A stretch of DNA of 63,820 bases, counting the filler, from Octopus bimaculoides (Eukaryota): the NCBI RefSeq assembly GCF_001194135.2. It is 5 parts of 4 records of this genome, joined end to end, with 100 filler letters (N's around TTAATTAATTAA, not from the genome) between each part and the next. Parts side by side here need not be neighbours in the genome. Positions count along the whole stretch, not along the records: positions 1 to 15,448 come from NC_069005.1; 4 more parts are not named here. One strand, written 5' to 3'. Shown one piece after another: positions 1-12,180 of the stretch; the stretch's first letter is position 1, and every line of letters begins with the position of its first letter. Position numbers and translations under genes: made by a program. Below the pieces are notes generated by a model. It had not been told where the DNA came from and made no database searches. It was given only the letters and a program-made list of their open reading frames with translations.

Positions 1-316
1 GAGGGGGGAGGAGCCAACCATAAAGAAATAAAAGGGCATAGGACGCATACATTGTATACAAATGCACACACAAACACACACACACACACACACATAAATA
101 TCCATATATACACACTTGCATGTACACGTGTATACATACAGCCCTCGTCTGACATTCATGATGAGAGAATCCATCATACACACACATATATACATATATA
201 TACATACATACATATGCATATTCATATATATATACATGCATATATATACATACATACATATACATATATGCACAGCTCGTTGACCAAACACCATTCAATT
301 TTTTTTTCTCCATATT

Positions 317-445
317 CTTTGTGTTGAAGAGCGTAGCTTGAAACGTTAAAGACTTTCTGTATTCCCGAGCGTCATACTAATACATCCTTTTGTTGTTTAC
401 ACCACCTGTCCTCGTTTGTTGTTGTTTTTTTTCGTACATTCTCCC
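317..445 (+). mobile_element. Penelope-like element terminal remnant with hammerhead-like motif
   Basis: TTGAAGAGCGTAGCTTGAAACGTT followed by AGCGTC; resembles PLE terminal repeats that carry hammerhead cores (recall-based). Confidence 0.4.
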
Positions 446-624
446 ATATATATATATACATACATGTATATATGCATATATGCACACATATTATACATGA
501 CAAACTGGCACGAGTGTGTCAAGTGAATTACCTCTTCAGTAAAGGTGTTGAAACAGACAACAAATTAAGTCTATCGTCAAAGAAAGCCATACTAGGATTT
601 GAACTCAAAACGTAGTCTCGAATC

Positions 625-720
625 CCAGACTGACTGTGCATTGCGCTCTTGAGCAAGACACTTCATTTCACATTAATTACCCCAGTCTACTCAGCTGTAA
701 ATGTGTGACCTTGCTCCAGA
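625..720 (+). mobile_element. SINE family C fragment (central domain)
   Basis: CTTGAGCAAGACACTTCATTTCAC...CAGTCTACTCAGCTG shared with the copies at 33205 and 51140. Confidence 0.6.
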
Positions 721-844
721 TTGGGAGGGGGGTCCAAGAGTGAGAGGGTGACTCAGGAATGTTTGAGCTGCGTTTTGTATTCAAATAGTATAACCCACAC
801 TATAAACCCCCAACTGGTTGGAACTGGCTGCTCAACCACATTGA

Positions 845-880
<36 letters not shown>

Positions 881-990
881 TCATGTCTGCCCCCACCTTG
901 AACTCCACCCTCTGGCCCTGCCTTAACAACCATGCCCGGTTCTGTCTCCCCAAGAACATGGGTCCTCTGGAATCCCCAGCCTGCAACAGC

Positions 991-1113
991 TTAACCCTCT
1001 AACATTCAGATTCTGTTTATAGAATGACATTGTAGGGTAAGTAGGAGAGGCCAGATCTAGCCAGTTTCAAGATAAAACAGGGAGATTATTTGGGTTAAAT
1101 GCTAAAGGGTTAA
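991..1113. mobile_element. piggyBac-like MITE (115 bp) with TTAA target-site duplication
   Basis: TTAA|CCCTCTAACATTC at 991 and AATGCTAAAGGG|TTAA ending at 1113; imperfect 13-bp terminal inverted repeats starting CCC. Confidence 0.65.
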
Positions 1114-1251
1114 ACAGAATATCTGGTGCAAAGGGGTCAGCAATGGCCATGGGCACTGTCCCTTTGTCCAAGCTCTACTAGTTGTAAAAAAAAAATGTAA
1201 AATAAAACAATACGGTCTTCAAAAAATTTTTAAAAAAACATGAAACTTAGA

Positions 1252-1685
1252 TTTATTCTTTTACTTGTTTCAGTCATTTGACTACAGCCATGCTGGAGCA
1301 CCACCTTTAGACAAACAAATCAACCTCAGGACTTATTCTTTGTAAGCCTAGTACTTATTCTATCAGTCTCTTTTGCCAAACTGCTAAGCTACAGGGATGT
1401 AAACACACCAACATCGGTTATCAAGTGGTGATTGGGGGACAAACACAGACACACAAATACACATATATATAAGGCCATATATATTACAGGCCATAACAAA
1501 ACATCCGGACAGTTAGATACACATACGACGGGCTTCTTTCAGTTTCCGTCTACCAAATTCACTCACAAGGTTTTGGTCGGCCCGAAGCTATGGTAGAAGA
1601 TACTTGCCCAAGGTGTCACGCAGTGGGACTGAACCTAGAACCGTGTTCTTGGGCAGCAAGCTTCTTACCACACAGCCACACCTTG
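1252..1685 (-). mobile_element. tRNA-derived SINE family A, full length
   Basis: Pol III box A/B-like head (GGCTGTGTGGTAAGAAG...GGTTCAGTCCC), internal (CA/TA)n, and 3' part ending GCTCCAGCATGGC...GACTGAAACAAGTAAAAG; many copies in this window. Confidence 0.85.
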
Positions 1686-2559
1686 GTCTCAGTCCAATGA
1701 TGAAAAAAATAAAATATAGGAAATTACCANNNNNNNNNNNNNNNNNNNNNNNNNNNNNNNNNNNNNNNNNNNNNNNNNNNNNNNNNNNNNNNNNNNNNNN
1801 NNNNNNNNNNNNNNNNNNNNNNNNNNNNNNNNNNNNNNNNNNNNNNNNNNNNNNNNNNNNNNNNNNNNNNNNNNNNNNNNNNNNNNNNNNNNNNNNNNNN
1901 NNNNNNNNNNNNNNNNNNNNNNNNNNNNNNNNNNNNNNNNNNNNNNNNNNNNNNNNNNNNNNNNNNNNNNNNNNNNNNNNNNNNNNNNNNNNNNNNNNNN
2001 NNNNNNNNNNNNNNNNNNNNNNNNNNNNNNNNNNNNNNNNNNNNNNNNNNNNNNNNNNNNNNNNNNNNNNNNNNNNNNNNNNNNNNNNNNNNNNNNNNNN
2101 NNNNNNNNNNNNNNNNNNNNNNNNNNNNNNNNNNNNNNNNNNNNNNNNNNNNNNNNNNNNNNNNNNNNNNNNNNNNNNNNNNNNNNNNNNNNNNNNNNNN
2201 NNNNNNNNNNNNNNNNNNNNNNNNNNNNNNNNNNNNNNNNNNNNNNNNNNNNNNNNNNNNNNNNGAGAGTGCCCAAGAAGGAAGACACTTTTATTGCTAA
2301 TTCCCTACCACAACTACCACCACCACCACCACCACCACCACCAGGACATTATCAAGAATATCAACACCACTATGACCACTGCTATCCTGGCCATGCCACT
2401 GGCACCACCACCACCACCACCACAGCAAGTGGTAACAACACTACCACCATCATCCCCAACCACTCCAACAACAGCTAATACCTTGACCATTACAATCATA
2501 AGCGCCCCCACCAGAGCCAAAATAACACCACAGCAACCATCCCTAGGGTCCCAGGGAGC

Positions 2560-2690
2560 ACACAAGAACTTGCACAAACTTTCATTTGTCACCTATACTT
2601 CAAACCATGCAGATTTGCAACAGGACTGAATAATCAACCGAGAGGTCGTGGACGGAAAGTCAGAAATGATATTGACAACAAGAAAACACA
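2560..2690 (+). mobile_element. RTE-clade LINE C-terminal zinc-finger remnant
   Basis: Translates TFICHLYFKPCRFATGLNNQPRGRGRK, a decayed CxxC-C-GL-H-R-H tail like that at 59330. Confidence 0.45.
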
Positions 2691-2754
2691 AGCAGACAAC
2701 AATCATCAAAGAAGATGGAGCAATCAGCATAGACATCATCATCATCACCATCAT

Positions 2755-2975
2755 CATTTAAGGTCTACTTTTCCATGCTTGCACAGATTGGATGAAGCTT
2801 ATTGAAGTGAAATTTCCATGGTCAGGTGCCCTTCCTGTCATCCCATTTCACCTGTTTCCAAACAAGGTAACATTTGCCCCATGGCCAGACATATTTCTGC
2901 GGAATAGGGGAAATAAATAACATGGTTTCTATGTCAGTGACACTCATTTACATCTAACCCGTGATGCCAAGACAA
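2755..2975 (-). mobile_element. Repeat family D (RTE-like 3' tail with (GAT)n end), diverged copy
   Basis: Reverse complement shares GGAAGGGCA(T)C and CATGCAAGCATGGAAA...(GAT)n with the 42130 and 45014 copies. Confidence 0.6.
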
Positions 2976-3019
2976 AGACAAACACACACACACACATACG
3001 CACAGGTGCGACAAGTTCA

Positions 3020-3170
3020 GGTATCAGCCAACTAAATCCAGTCACAATGTTTTTGGTTGACCTGGGGCTATATAGTAGCAGACACTTTCCCCAAAGGTGG
3101 AGCACGCAGTAGGACTGAACCTGAAACCAGCTGCTTGCGAAGGGTACTCCTTAACCACATGGCCATACCA
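3020..3170 (-). mobile_element. SINE family A head only, diverged
   Basis: Matches the head of the 1252-1685 copy (GGACTGAACC, GGGCTATA). Confidence 0.65.
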
Positions 3171-3507
3171 GCATCTGAGCATGTGTGTGTGTGCATGTAA
3201 ATATGTATAAACGCACACACAAAACTGTCTCCTTTATTACAATGACATTTGGTAAAATGTGAAACCAAAGTCGATATCTCTTGTAATTCCATCCCAGTAT
3301 TGAGTTCTTAATACCTCCTGCCTGGATTGCTTTACACACATAGCAGCATATCTCGTTCCTTCACGTTATACACACACACACATATATAAAACATTAGGTG
3401 TACTAAACACATAGACCACCATATACATATATTCATTCACAAATATGACTGTGTGTATGCGTCTATCTATACATCTATCTATTTATACATACATAGTTAT
3501 ATATATA

Positions 3508-3508
<1 letters not shown>

Positions 3509-3582
<74 letters not shown>
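3509..3582. repeat. (TG)n microsatellite running into an assembly gap
   Basis: Perfect TG run abutting N-run. Confidence 0.95.
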
Positions 3583-3895
3583 NNNNNNNNNNNNNNNNNN
3601 NNNNNNNNNNNNNNNNNNNNNNNNNNNNNNNNNNNNNNNNNNNNNNNNNNNNNNNNNNNNNNNNNNNNNNNNNNNNNNNNNNNNNNNNNNNNNNNNNNNN
3701 NNNNNNNNNNNNNNNNNNNNNNNNNNNNNNNNNNNNNNNNNNNNNNNNNNNNNNNNNNNNNNNNNNNNNNNNNNNNNNNNNNNNNNNNNNNNNNNNNNNN
3801 NNNNNNNNNNNNNNNNNNNNNNNNNNNNNNNNNNNNNNNNNNNNNNNNNNNNNNNNNNNNNNNNNNNNNNNNNNNNNNNNNNNNNNNNNNNNNNN

Positions 3896-3942
<47 letters not shown>

Positions 3943-4924
3943 CACACACACACATGTGTGTGTATACATATATATACATGTGTGTGTATATATATAGCAC
4001 ACACATGTGATCTGTAAAAGTGCATGGGGCAAGACAGACTTGCCTGGCGGGTGAAAGTAAAGTAGCCAGTTGAAAAGGAAATAAATAAGTGTAAGCGCAC
4101 ACACACATACACTCTCTTATATATGCATATTAGCATACTTGTGTAATACACATGTATGTATAATATATATATACACAGACATACACACACATACATACAT
4201 ATATATGTAGAATACAATGTACACTTAATTGAATATGCATATATGAGTTAATGTTTGTGCCTGTGTCTGTATATATGTGTATATATATGTGTGTGTATGT
4301 GTATATATATGTGTATGTGTATGTATATATGTGTGTCTGTATATGTCTATATATGTTTTATATGTATTTATGTTTTATATGTATATATATATATGTGTGT
4401 ATAAATATATACATATGTGTATATATGTGTGCGCTGGCACACACACACACACACACACACAAAGTCAAGGTCTCAAGTCCTATTTTTCTCTTTCTGCTTT
4501 TGACTTTTCCTTTTGTACATCTCAGGCGGCCGCAATTCCCTATTTCAGTTAAGCCCTATATTATGGGATTGCCTTTCTGTGCACCAGGGGCCTGGTCTTC
4601 CTGCTCCCCACCCCACCCCGACAAACACACCACTTTTAATAGAGAAGAAGGAGTAAGAAAGGGGTGTGTGAGAGAGAGGGAGAGAGCGGAAACGAGTGGG
4701 GGTAGGGAATCAAGGTGGGGGGAGAGGGGGGAGAAGTTGGTAAGTTGTTTGTGTTGGTGGTGACTGGTAAACAGTTCCACACACCTCTTTTGTACTGCAC
4801 ACTAAGGAAAGAGTAAAAAACAGAGACGAGATGGCCATGGATGGACCACCTTTCATTGTAGTGTTTGATCACAGCCACTAAGGATAAGCAACAACATCAT
4901 AATTTCAAAAAACTATGTGCGTGT

Positions 4925-5029
4925 GTGTTTGGCCAAGAAGACACTTGCTCAAGGTGCCACATGCAGTGGGACTAAACCCAGACCCATGTGGCAGGGAAGC
5001 AAGCTTCTTACCACACAGCTACACCTGCA

Positions 5030-5030
<1 letters not shown>
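4925..5030 (-). mobile_element. SINE family A head only
   Basis: AAGACACTTGCTCAAGGTGCC...CTTCTTACCACACAGC. Confidence 0.75.
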
Positions 5031-5065
<35 letters not shown>

Positions 5066-5194
5066 AAGCTTATATATATATATGAGTGCGTATGCATGTA
5101 TGTATTTTGAAGAAAATTTGGTTTTGTAAGGCCGCAACAATGCAAGAAGATATAAAGAAAACTACAAAAACAAAAGAAAACAAAACAACATTGT

Positions 5195-5250
5195 AGCATA
5201 ACCTCATATTTCTATATTTCAGGGCTACAACCCCTTCTTCAGGACATTTT
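5195..5250 (-). ncRNA. Hammerhead-ribozyme-like core, probably in a Penelope-like 3' end; likely decayed
   Basis: Minus strand CUGAAGA-AGGG(loop 7 nt)CCCU-GAAA-UAU...AUAU: exact core and 4-bp stem II; cleavage position is G and stem I is imperfect. Confidence 0.45.
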
Positions 5251-6869
5251 GAAAACTGGAGGATTGGAAAGCTCATCACTTAGACATGTGGTGAGGAAGG
5301 AAGGAAGGGGATGGAGGAAGGTGACATGTGCAGACTGATGTTGTTATAGTAACCAGTCTGCTTCATGTAGTTTCTTCCTGTGTTGTTTATATATTGGCTT
5401 GCCAATCAGTATAGTACCCTTGCTCACTGTGGGGCGGTTGGTTGACTCCCCTGTCAGTACATAGACTTGTGCTATGCTTGTGGCTATAAGGGTCTTTGAC
5501 TCTTGTTTCTAGGAATGTAGGTGCTACACTGAATCCTTCAGTCACAATTAATGACAACTGAATTCTTCCTTTTTGGTTTTATATTGCATTTAGCCATCTT
5601 TACTATGTTATATATATATTTATATATATATGTATATATATGTATATATATGCATTTACATATGGTTGGGCTGCAACTGGTGTTATTTGTTGACATTTTC
5701 TGTGAACAAGCTACCCGGGAGCTCAACACTTTCAAATTCCACTGGAATGAAAATATCCTTACTTGAAAAAACAGCTACCAACAGTTGCAGTCATGAAGAG
5801 GACACAACCATGAAAACTGGGCCTCAGGCATTTCCTGTCTAAGCCATGCTAGCATAGAAAAGTAGACATTAAACTATGATGAGGGTAAAAAAACAGAAAA
5901 TGACACACACATACATCTTGGCTGCTTGTAACCCTACTTCTAATTACTTCCCTTTAATAAATTCAAGACTGAACACCAGTTACTTCCCTTCAACAAAATA
6001 TTGAATTACACCCCTCCCTCCCATTTCTTCTTTTAATTCTCTCTCTCATGTTGTTAATTAATGTGCAAACCACATGACACACATATCAGCCAATGAAATG
6101 CCTGTAACTCAAACCTGTCAAGAATTTCACCTGCATGTTGGTATTTAGTGTTATCATAAAAGATTACACCATAATCTAGAAACCACCATCATCAGGTAAG
6201 ATTTTAAACAGCCGACCAGGACATAACCAAAATTTGTTGTTGACCAGGTTAACAGTTTCAAATCTCACCTGTTTAAAATAGTGAATTGTATTTTATGATG
6301 TAATCTTTTAATCATTATATCAAATAAAATTCTACTAAAACAACTGTCATGAATTTTGCTTACTATTTTATACCTATGCCAAACCAAGGATCCATTGCTG
6401 CACTGAATTGATGGTTATAAACTGGACTTGGTGCTTGCATATCTATGGCATTCTGCTTTATTTCATTGAGAACTGTTGTGTGTTTGTACCTAGCCATTTT
6501 CTGACATCTTACGTGTCAACGTGCCTTGATTCTTAAGGAATCATTATATGGGTTATTTCGCATACTTTCAACAAATATGACATCGAAAGGTTAGAGTTTC
6601 TTCCCTTTCAAGACAAAGTTAAATCCGGAATATTTTCCCATTATGCACTGTTTTGGGTATTTATACCCCCAACCCCCAAATATCTTAGTAATTAATTACT
6701 GCTCTGATTTACGCAAAACTTGTTTCATTCCATTCATATTAACATTTTAGGGTAAAGTTGATTTATAGTATGCTCCAGTTTGGCTGGGTAACATTGCAAG
6801 CAAGCAAGCAAACAAGATTCAAACTGACTTTTAATGTATCATAGATATGTGTGTGTGTGTGTGCGTGCG

Positions 6870-7060
6870 TGTGTCCCTCTCCTGCTACAGGTTGATAACT
6901 GGTCTTGACTTGTCTACACCCTCTGTAACAAAATAGACCAACAAAGTAAGTACGAGGTTTTAAAAAGAAAAAGTACCGGAATTGATTCATTTGACTAAAA
7001 GTTCTTTAAGGTGGTGCCCCAGCATGGCCACAGTCAAATGACTAAAACAAGTGAAAGAAA
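6870..7060 (+). mobile_element. SINE family A 3' half, diverged
   Basis: Ends GGTGCCCCAGCATGGCCACAGTCAAATGACTAAAACAAGTGAAAG. Confidence 0.75.
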
Positions 7061-8221
7061 AAAACGAAGACACACACACAGAGAAAGGGAGAGATGGACA
7101 AACAGAGGTAGACAAACCTATCTGTTGTGGTAGTAATACAGGATGTGTAGGGAGATTAACGCTGGTGGTAGTGATGGTAGTGGTGGTGGTGATGGAGTTG
7201 TTATGATGTAGTAATTTAAGCAGTGGTGGTGATGGTGGCAATGGTAGTAGTGATGGTGGTGGTGGTGGTGGTGGTGGTGGTGATGGTTGCAGTTGATGGT
7301 TAGTGTGGAGTTACATACAAGACTGATGGAAAAGGCAAGGAAAAAAAAAGAAAAGCAAATGGTTNNNNNNNNNNNNNNNNNNNNNNNNNNNNNNNNNNNN
7401 NNNNNNNNNNNNNNNNNNNNNNNNNNNNNNNNNNNNNNNNNNNNNNNNNNNNNNNNNNNNNNNNNNNNNNNNNNNNNNNNNNNNNNNNNNNNNNNNNNNN
7501 NNNNNNNNNNNNNNNNNNNNNNNNNNNNNNNNNNNNNNNNNNNNNNNNNNNNNNNNNNNNNNNNNNNNNNNNNNNNNNNNNNNNNNNNNNNNNNNNNNNN
7601 NNNNNNNNNNNNNNNNNNNNNNNNNNNNNNNNNNNNNNNNNNNNNNNNNNNNNNNNNNNNNNNNNNNNNNNNNNNNNNNNNNNNNNNNNNNNNNNNNNNN
7701 NNNNNNNNNNNNNNNNNNNNNNNNNNNNNNNNNNNNNNNNNNNNNNNNNNNNNNNNNNNNNNNNNNNNNNNNNNNNNNNNNNNNNNNNNNNNNNNNNNNN
7801 NNNNNNNNNNNNNNNNNNNNNNNNNNNNNNNNNNNNNNNNNNNNNNNNNNNNNNNNNNNNNNNNNNNNNNNNNNNNNNNNNNNNNNNNNNNNNNNNNNNN
7901 NNNNNNNNNNNNNNNNNNNNNNNNNNNNNNNNNNNNNNNNNNNNNNNNNNNNNNNNNNNNNNNNNNNNNNNNNNNNNNNNNNNNNNNNNNNNNNNNNNNN
8001 NNNNNNNNNNNNNNNNNNNNNNNNNNNNNNNNNNNNNNNNTGTGTGTGTGTGTGTTAAAATCACCAAATGTTTCCAGACAACACAAACATACTCTCTCTC
8101 TCTCTCACACACACACATACACTGAACAAGTGCTAACATTCAATAACCTCACATACACAAACACATACACGCATACACAAACACATACATACATACATAC
8201 ATACATATACGCGTCTGCATG

Positions 8222-8258
<37 letters not shown>

Positions 8259-8306
8259 ATAGGAGTGAATAGACAGTAAACTGACTTTAGAATGCATTAT
8301 ACATCT

Positions 8307-8337
<31 letters not shown>

Positions 8338-8544
8338 GCTTCTTACAAACATACATACCGCAAATGCTATACAATTCAATAACCTCACATACATACATAT
8401 ATAGACACTGTGCATTGTATAACATTAAACTATTACACGCACACACACACACACACACATATATATATAAACTTCTTACACACACACACACAGCAAGTGC
8501 TTCACTATTCAACAATGTCACATACATATGTATTCTTTTATTTA

Positions 8545-8830
8545 TTTTAGTCGTTTGACTGTGGCCATGCTGGAGCACCACCTTTAGTTAAACAAATCAA
8601 CCCCAGGACTTATTCTTTGTAAGCCTAGTACTTATTCTATCGGTCTCTTTTGCTGAACCACTAAGTTATGGGGACATAAACACACCAGCATCAGTTGTCA
8701 AGCAATGGTGGGGGGGGGGCAAACACACATACAAATATACTAATTTTAATGAAAAAGAAAAAAATATATTTCATTACATACAAGTTTGCTCCATCAGGAC
8801 TGACCTGGGGCTATATAACAACACTTTGTA
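8545..8830 (-). mobile_element. SINE family A, 3' half plus partial head
   Basis: GACTGTGGCCATGCTGGAGCACC...CAGTTGTCAAGCAATG. Confidence 0.8.
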
Positions 8831-8955
8831 CTTTAAAAGTGACCAAGAGACATACAGACAGACAAACAGGCATACATTCACATATCTACATACAACTCAC
8901 ATAAAATGTACGTGTGCATGCGTGTGAGTACATATCTATCTATCTATCCATCCAC

Positions 8956-8987
<32 letters not shown>

Positions 8988-8990
8988 TTC

Positions 8991-9033
<43 letters not shown>

Positions 9034-9036
9034 GTT

Positions 9037-9069
<33 letters not shown>

Positions 9070-9161
9070 GCCACATCAAATGAATGAATGAATGCACAGA
9101 TGGATGAATGGACAGATAGGCTGACAGACAGAAAGACAAACAGACAGCTAGCTACATACAT

Positions 9162-9194
<33 letters not shown>

Positions 9195-10089
9195 GAGATA
9201 GACAGAGAGAGAGATAGTTGGATAAGTATTACAAATAGCTGGCTAGACGGGAGAGAGAGAGAGAAAGAAGGAGATAGATGGATTCTTAGGAGTCAGGGAA
9301 AAAATTAGCTGATCAGGAGATGGATGTTGCATGAACAGGGAAAGAGGAGGGCTGGATGGATAGTCTTGCTCCCCCCCCCACACACACACACACACATTGC
9401 CAGAGAGAGAGCCAGACAGACAGACAGACAGATCTGACAATGTTTACACAAGTATATAATATTTTCTGCGCTCAGTGTAATATTTATTTATTTGCCAGCT
9501 TCTTCCTCCTGAAAAATCTATGGCANNNNNNNNNNTATATATATGCATGTATGTATGTATATATATATATACATATATATGTATATATATATATATATAC
9601 ATATATCTATATATACATATATATATCTATGTGTGTGTGTTTGTACATGCTGTGGTGTGATATATGTGCAAGGATGGTGTATGTGTGTATGTGTGGGGGG
9701 GATGGTGTGTGTGTGTGTGTGTCCCGAGTTTTTTAATTTTATTTTTTTAGTCAGGAAGGAAGGAACAAAGGCAGTGGCTCCCATCATCCTTTTCAGGACC
9801 TCCAAGACTATCTGAGGTTGGGGAGAGGAAAGGAAAAGATGATATTCTCAAACCAGAGACCTCACCTGAATGCTTGAAACACAGTGGGTTCCACTAAATG
9901 CACTCTGGATGCAAGGTGGTGGTAGTGTGTGTGTGCATATATAACATGTCGACACCTCTAATGTGCTTCGACATGGTTCCTCCTCCTCTACCAAATCCCC
10001 TCACTCAGTTACTGAATTTGACCTGCTAGAAACAACAGCCAAATCTACCACAAAATCTTACTTGAGGGTCTTAGGAAAAATGATATGGT

Positions 10090-10430
10090 GGTCACATATG
10101 GATGTCATGTCCAGTTGTAACCAACATGTATGACAGCATGGACATATTGACGGTTATTGCTGGCATGTGGGGCAGTGTGGACATGTTGACAGTTACTGCT
10201 GTGTGTCAGTTTGGACATATATTTATAGTTACTATTCAGAGGCATGACAGTTTGGACATGTCGACAGTTATTGTTAACATGTGTACCAGTATGGAAATAT
10301 TAACAGTTATTCTTGACAAATGTGACAGTATAGACAAGTTGACAGTTATTATTGACATGTGTAGCAGTGTGGAAATGCTGACTGTTATGACTGACAGTAT
10401 GGACATGTCAACAGTTGTTAACATGCACAA
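10090..10430 (+). repeat. Degenerate 39-bp minisatellite, about 8 units
   Basis: Consensus approx. TGTGACAGTATGGACATGTTGACAGTTATTGTTGACATG; translates as CDSMDMLTVIVDM-like 13-mers. Confidence 0.8.
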
Positions 10431-10736
10431 TGGTAAGAATATAATTTTTACATTCCTGTCTATTCATGAACACCTGCTGTTGTTGTTGTTGTTGTTTAAC
10501 CCCAGGTCAGCTTTGATCAGGTAGATTTATTATCAAAGATCCTCCAGCCATCCTTGACCATCCAGTTTTGTTAGACATGTTCAGGGTGTATCAGTGTTCT
10601 GGAGGGGTTGTAAATGTTGTTAGTGTTGTAGTGGCGTTGGGTAAGGAGATGTTGTGGCTCTCACTCTGAGCACTTATGTAGATTAAGTAGTGAAAGAGAG
10701 AGAGAGGTACATAAATGAAGAGAAAGACAGACAGAC

Positions 10737-10743
<7 letters not shown>

Positions 10744-10800
<57 letters not shown>
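10744..10800. repeat. (GA)n microsatellite
   Basis: Perfect GA run. Confidence 0.95.
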
Positions 10801-10807
<7 letters not shown>

Positions 10808-10809
10808 GA

Positions 10810-11193
10810 TATGGCTGTGTGATAAGAAGTTTCCTTCCCAACCCCATGGTTCCAGGTTCAGTTCTACTGTGTGGCACCATGGGCAAGTGTTTTCTTCTAT
10901 AGCCATGGGCCGATCAAAACCTAGCGAGTGGATTTGGTAGATGGAAACTGAAAAAAAGCACATCGCATATGTGTGTGTGTGTATGTGTGTGTTCATCACC
11001 AATCACCACTTGACAACTGGTGTTGGTGTGTTTATGTCCTCGTAACTTAGCGGTTTGGCAAAAAAAAAAAAAAGAGACCAATACAACAAGTAATTACTGG
11101 AGGGGGTTGATTCATTCGACTAAAAGCATTCTTCGAAGTATTGCCCCAGCATGGCCACAAACTAATGACTGAGACAAGCAAAGAAAACAAAAA
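10810..11193 (+). mobile_element. SINE family A, full length
   Basis: Head, internal (TG)n and 3' part all present. Confidence 0.8.
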
Positions 11194-11194
11194 G

Positions 11195-11278
<84 letters not shown>

Positions 11279-11572
11279 TGATATATTTAGAATGCAATCC
11301 TAATAATGGTTCTCTGGGTGAGTGAAGATAAGAGTCCGCTAAATGTTTATCTGGACCAATTTGGATCGTTAGTGAGATATGGTTGGAAGCATAAAATGTG
11401 CCCAGAGCATGGTTTTGTGTTTCAAGAGCAGTTTAAATGAATTGAGAGGTTGTTGACTGGTGAAGCAGAGGCCTGCATCCTGTTGCAAATCCAGAGGGGT
11501 CTTCTTATGTTTCGAGAATTTTGGGTTTCATTTTTTATGCAAGAAAAAAAACTGAACTGTTAGTTGTAATAT

Positions 11573-11611
<39 letters not shown>

Positions 11612-11778
11612 CTGGTGATGATGTGAAGTTCATTATTTTTGTTATATTTTGTTTCTTTCTCTTTTGTTGATAGGTTGTGGTAATGGAGTCTGGATGGAGG
11701 CCCCAGGAGGAACGATGTTGAGGTGGGTGGCAGAAGAGGGCAGCCTTAGACATTGATTAAATTTCAGCTGCATGTATA

Positions 11779-11823
<45 letters not shown>

Positions 11824-12180
11824 TACACATATATATATACACACATACTTGATCCATCTGGCACTTAGACTTTTAATTTTTTTTAGTCTTAGTAGCCTGT
11901 CTGACTATGAAATTGCCACATTCAAGTATAATGTATATTTGATATATATATATATATATGTATGTATGTATATATATATATATAAATATATATATATATT
12001 TATACACATACACACATATATCATCATGATCATTAAGCATCCGTTTTATATATATATATGTGTGTATATATATAAAACGGACATTAAATAATGATGATGA
12101 TGATGATGGTGATGATATGTATATATAAGATCATTATTTAACATCTGTTTTTTATAATATATATATACATCTTATAAAAC

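Noticed and set aside
52-327. His/Thr/Ile/Tyr-rich ORFs here and throughout (HTHT, YIYI, CVCV, LSLS, poly-D/M/I)
   Set aside because: Translations of di-, tri- and tetranucleotide microsatellites; no protein-like complexity.
1604-2629. Long ORFs spanning N-runs (also 7118, 13558, 25442, 44063, 54267, 56374, 58442)
   Set aside because: Length comes from X codons in assembly gaps.
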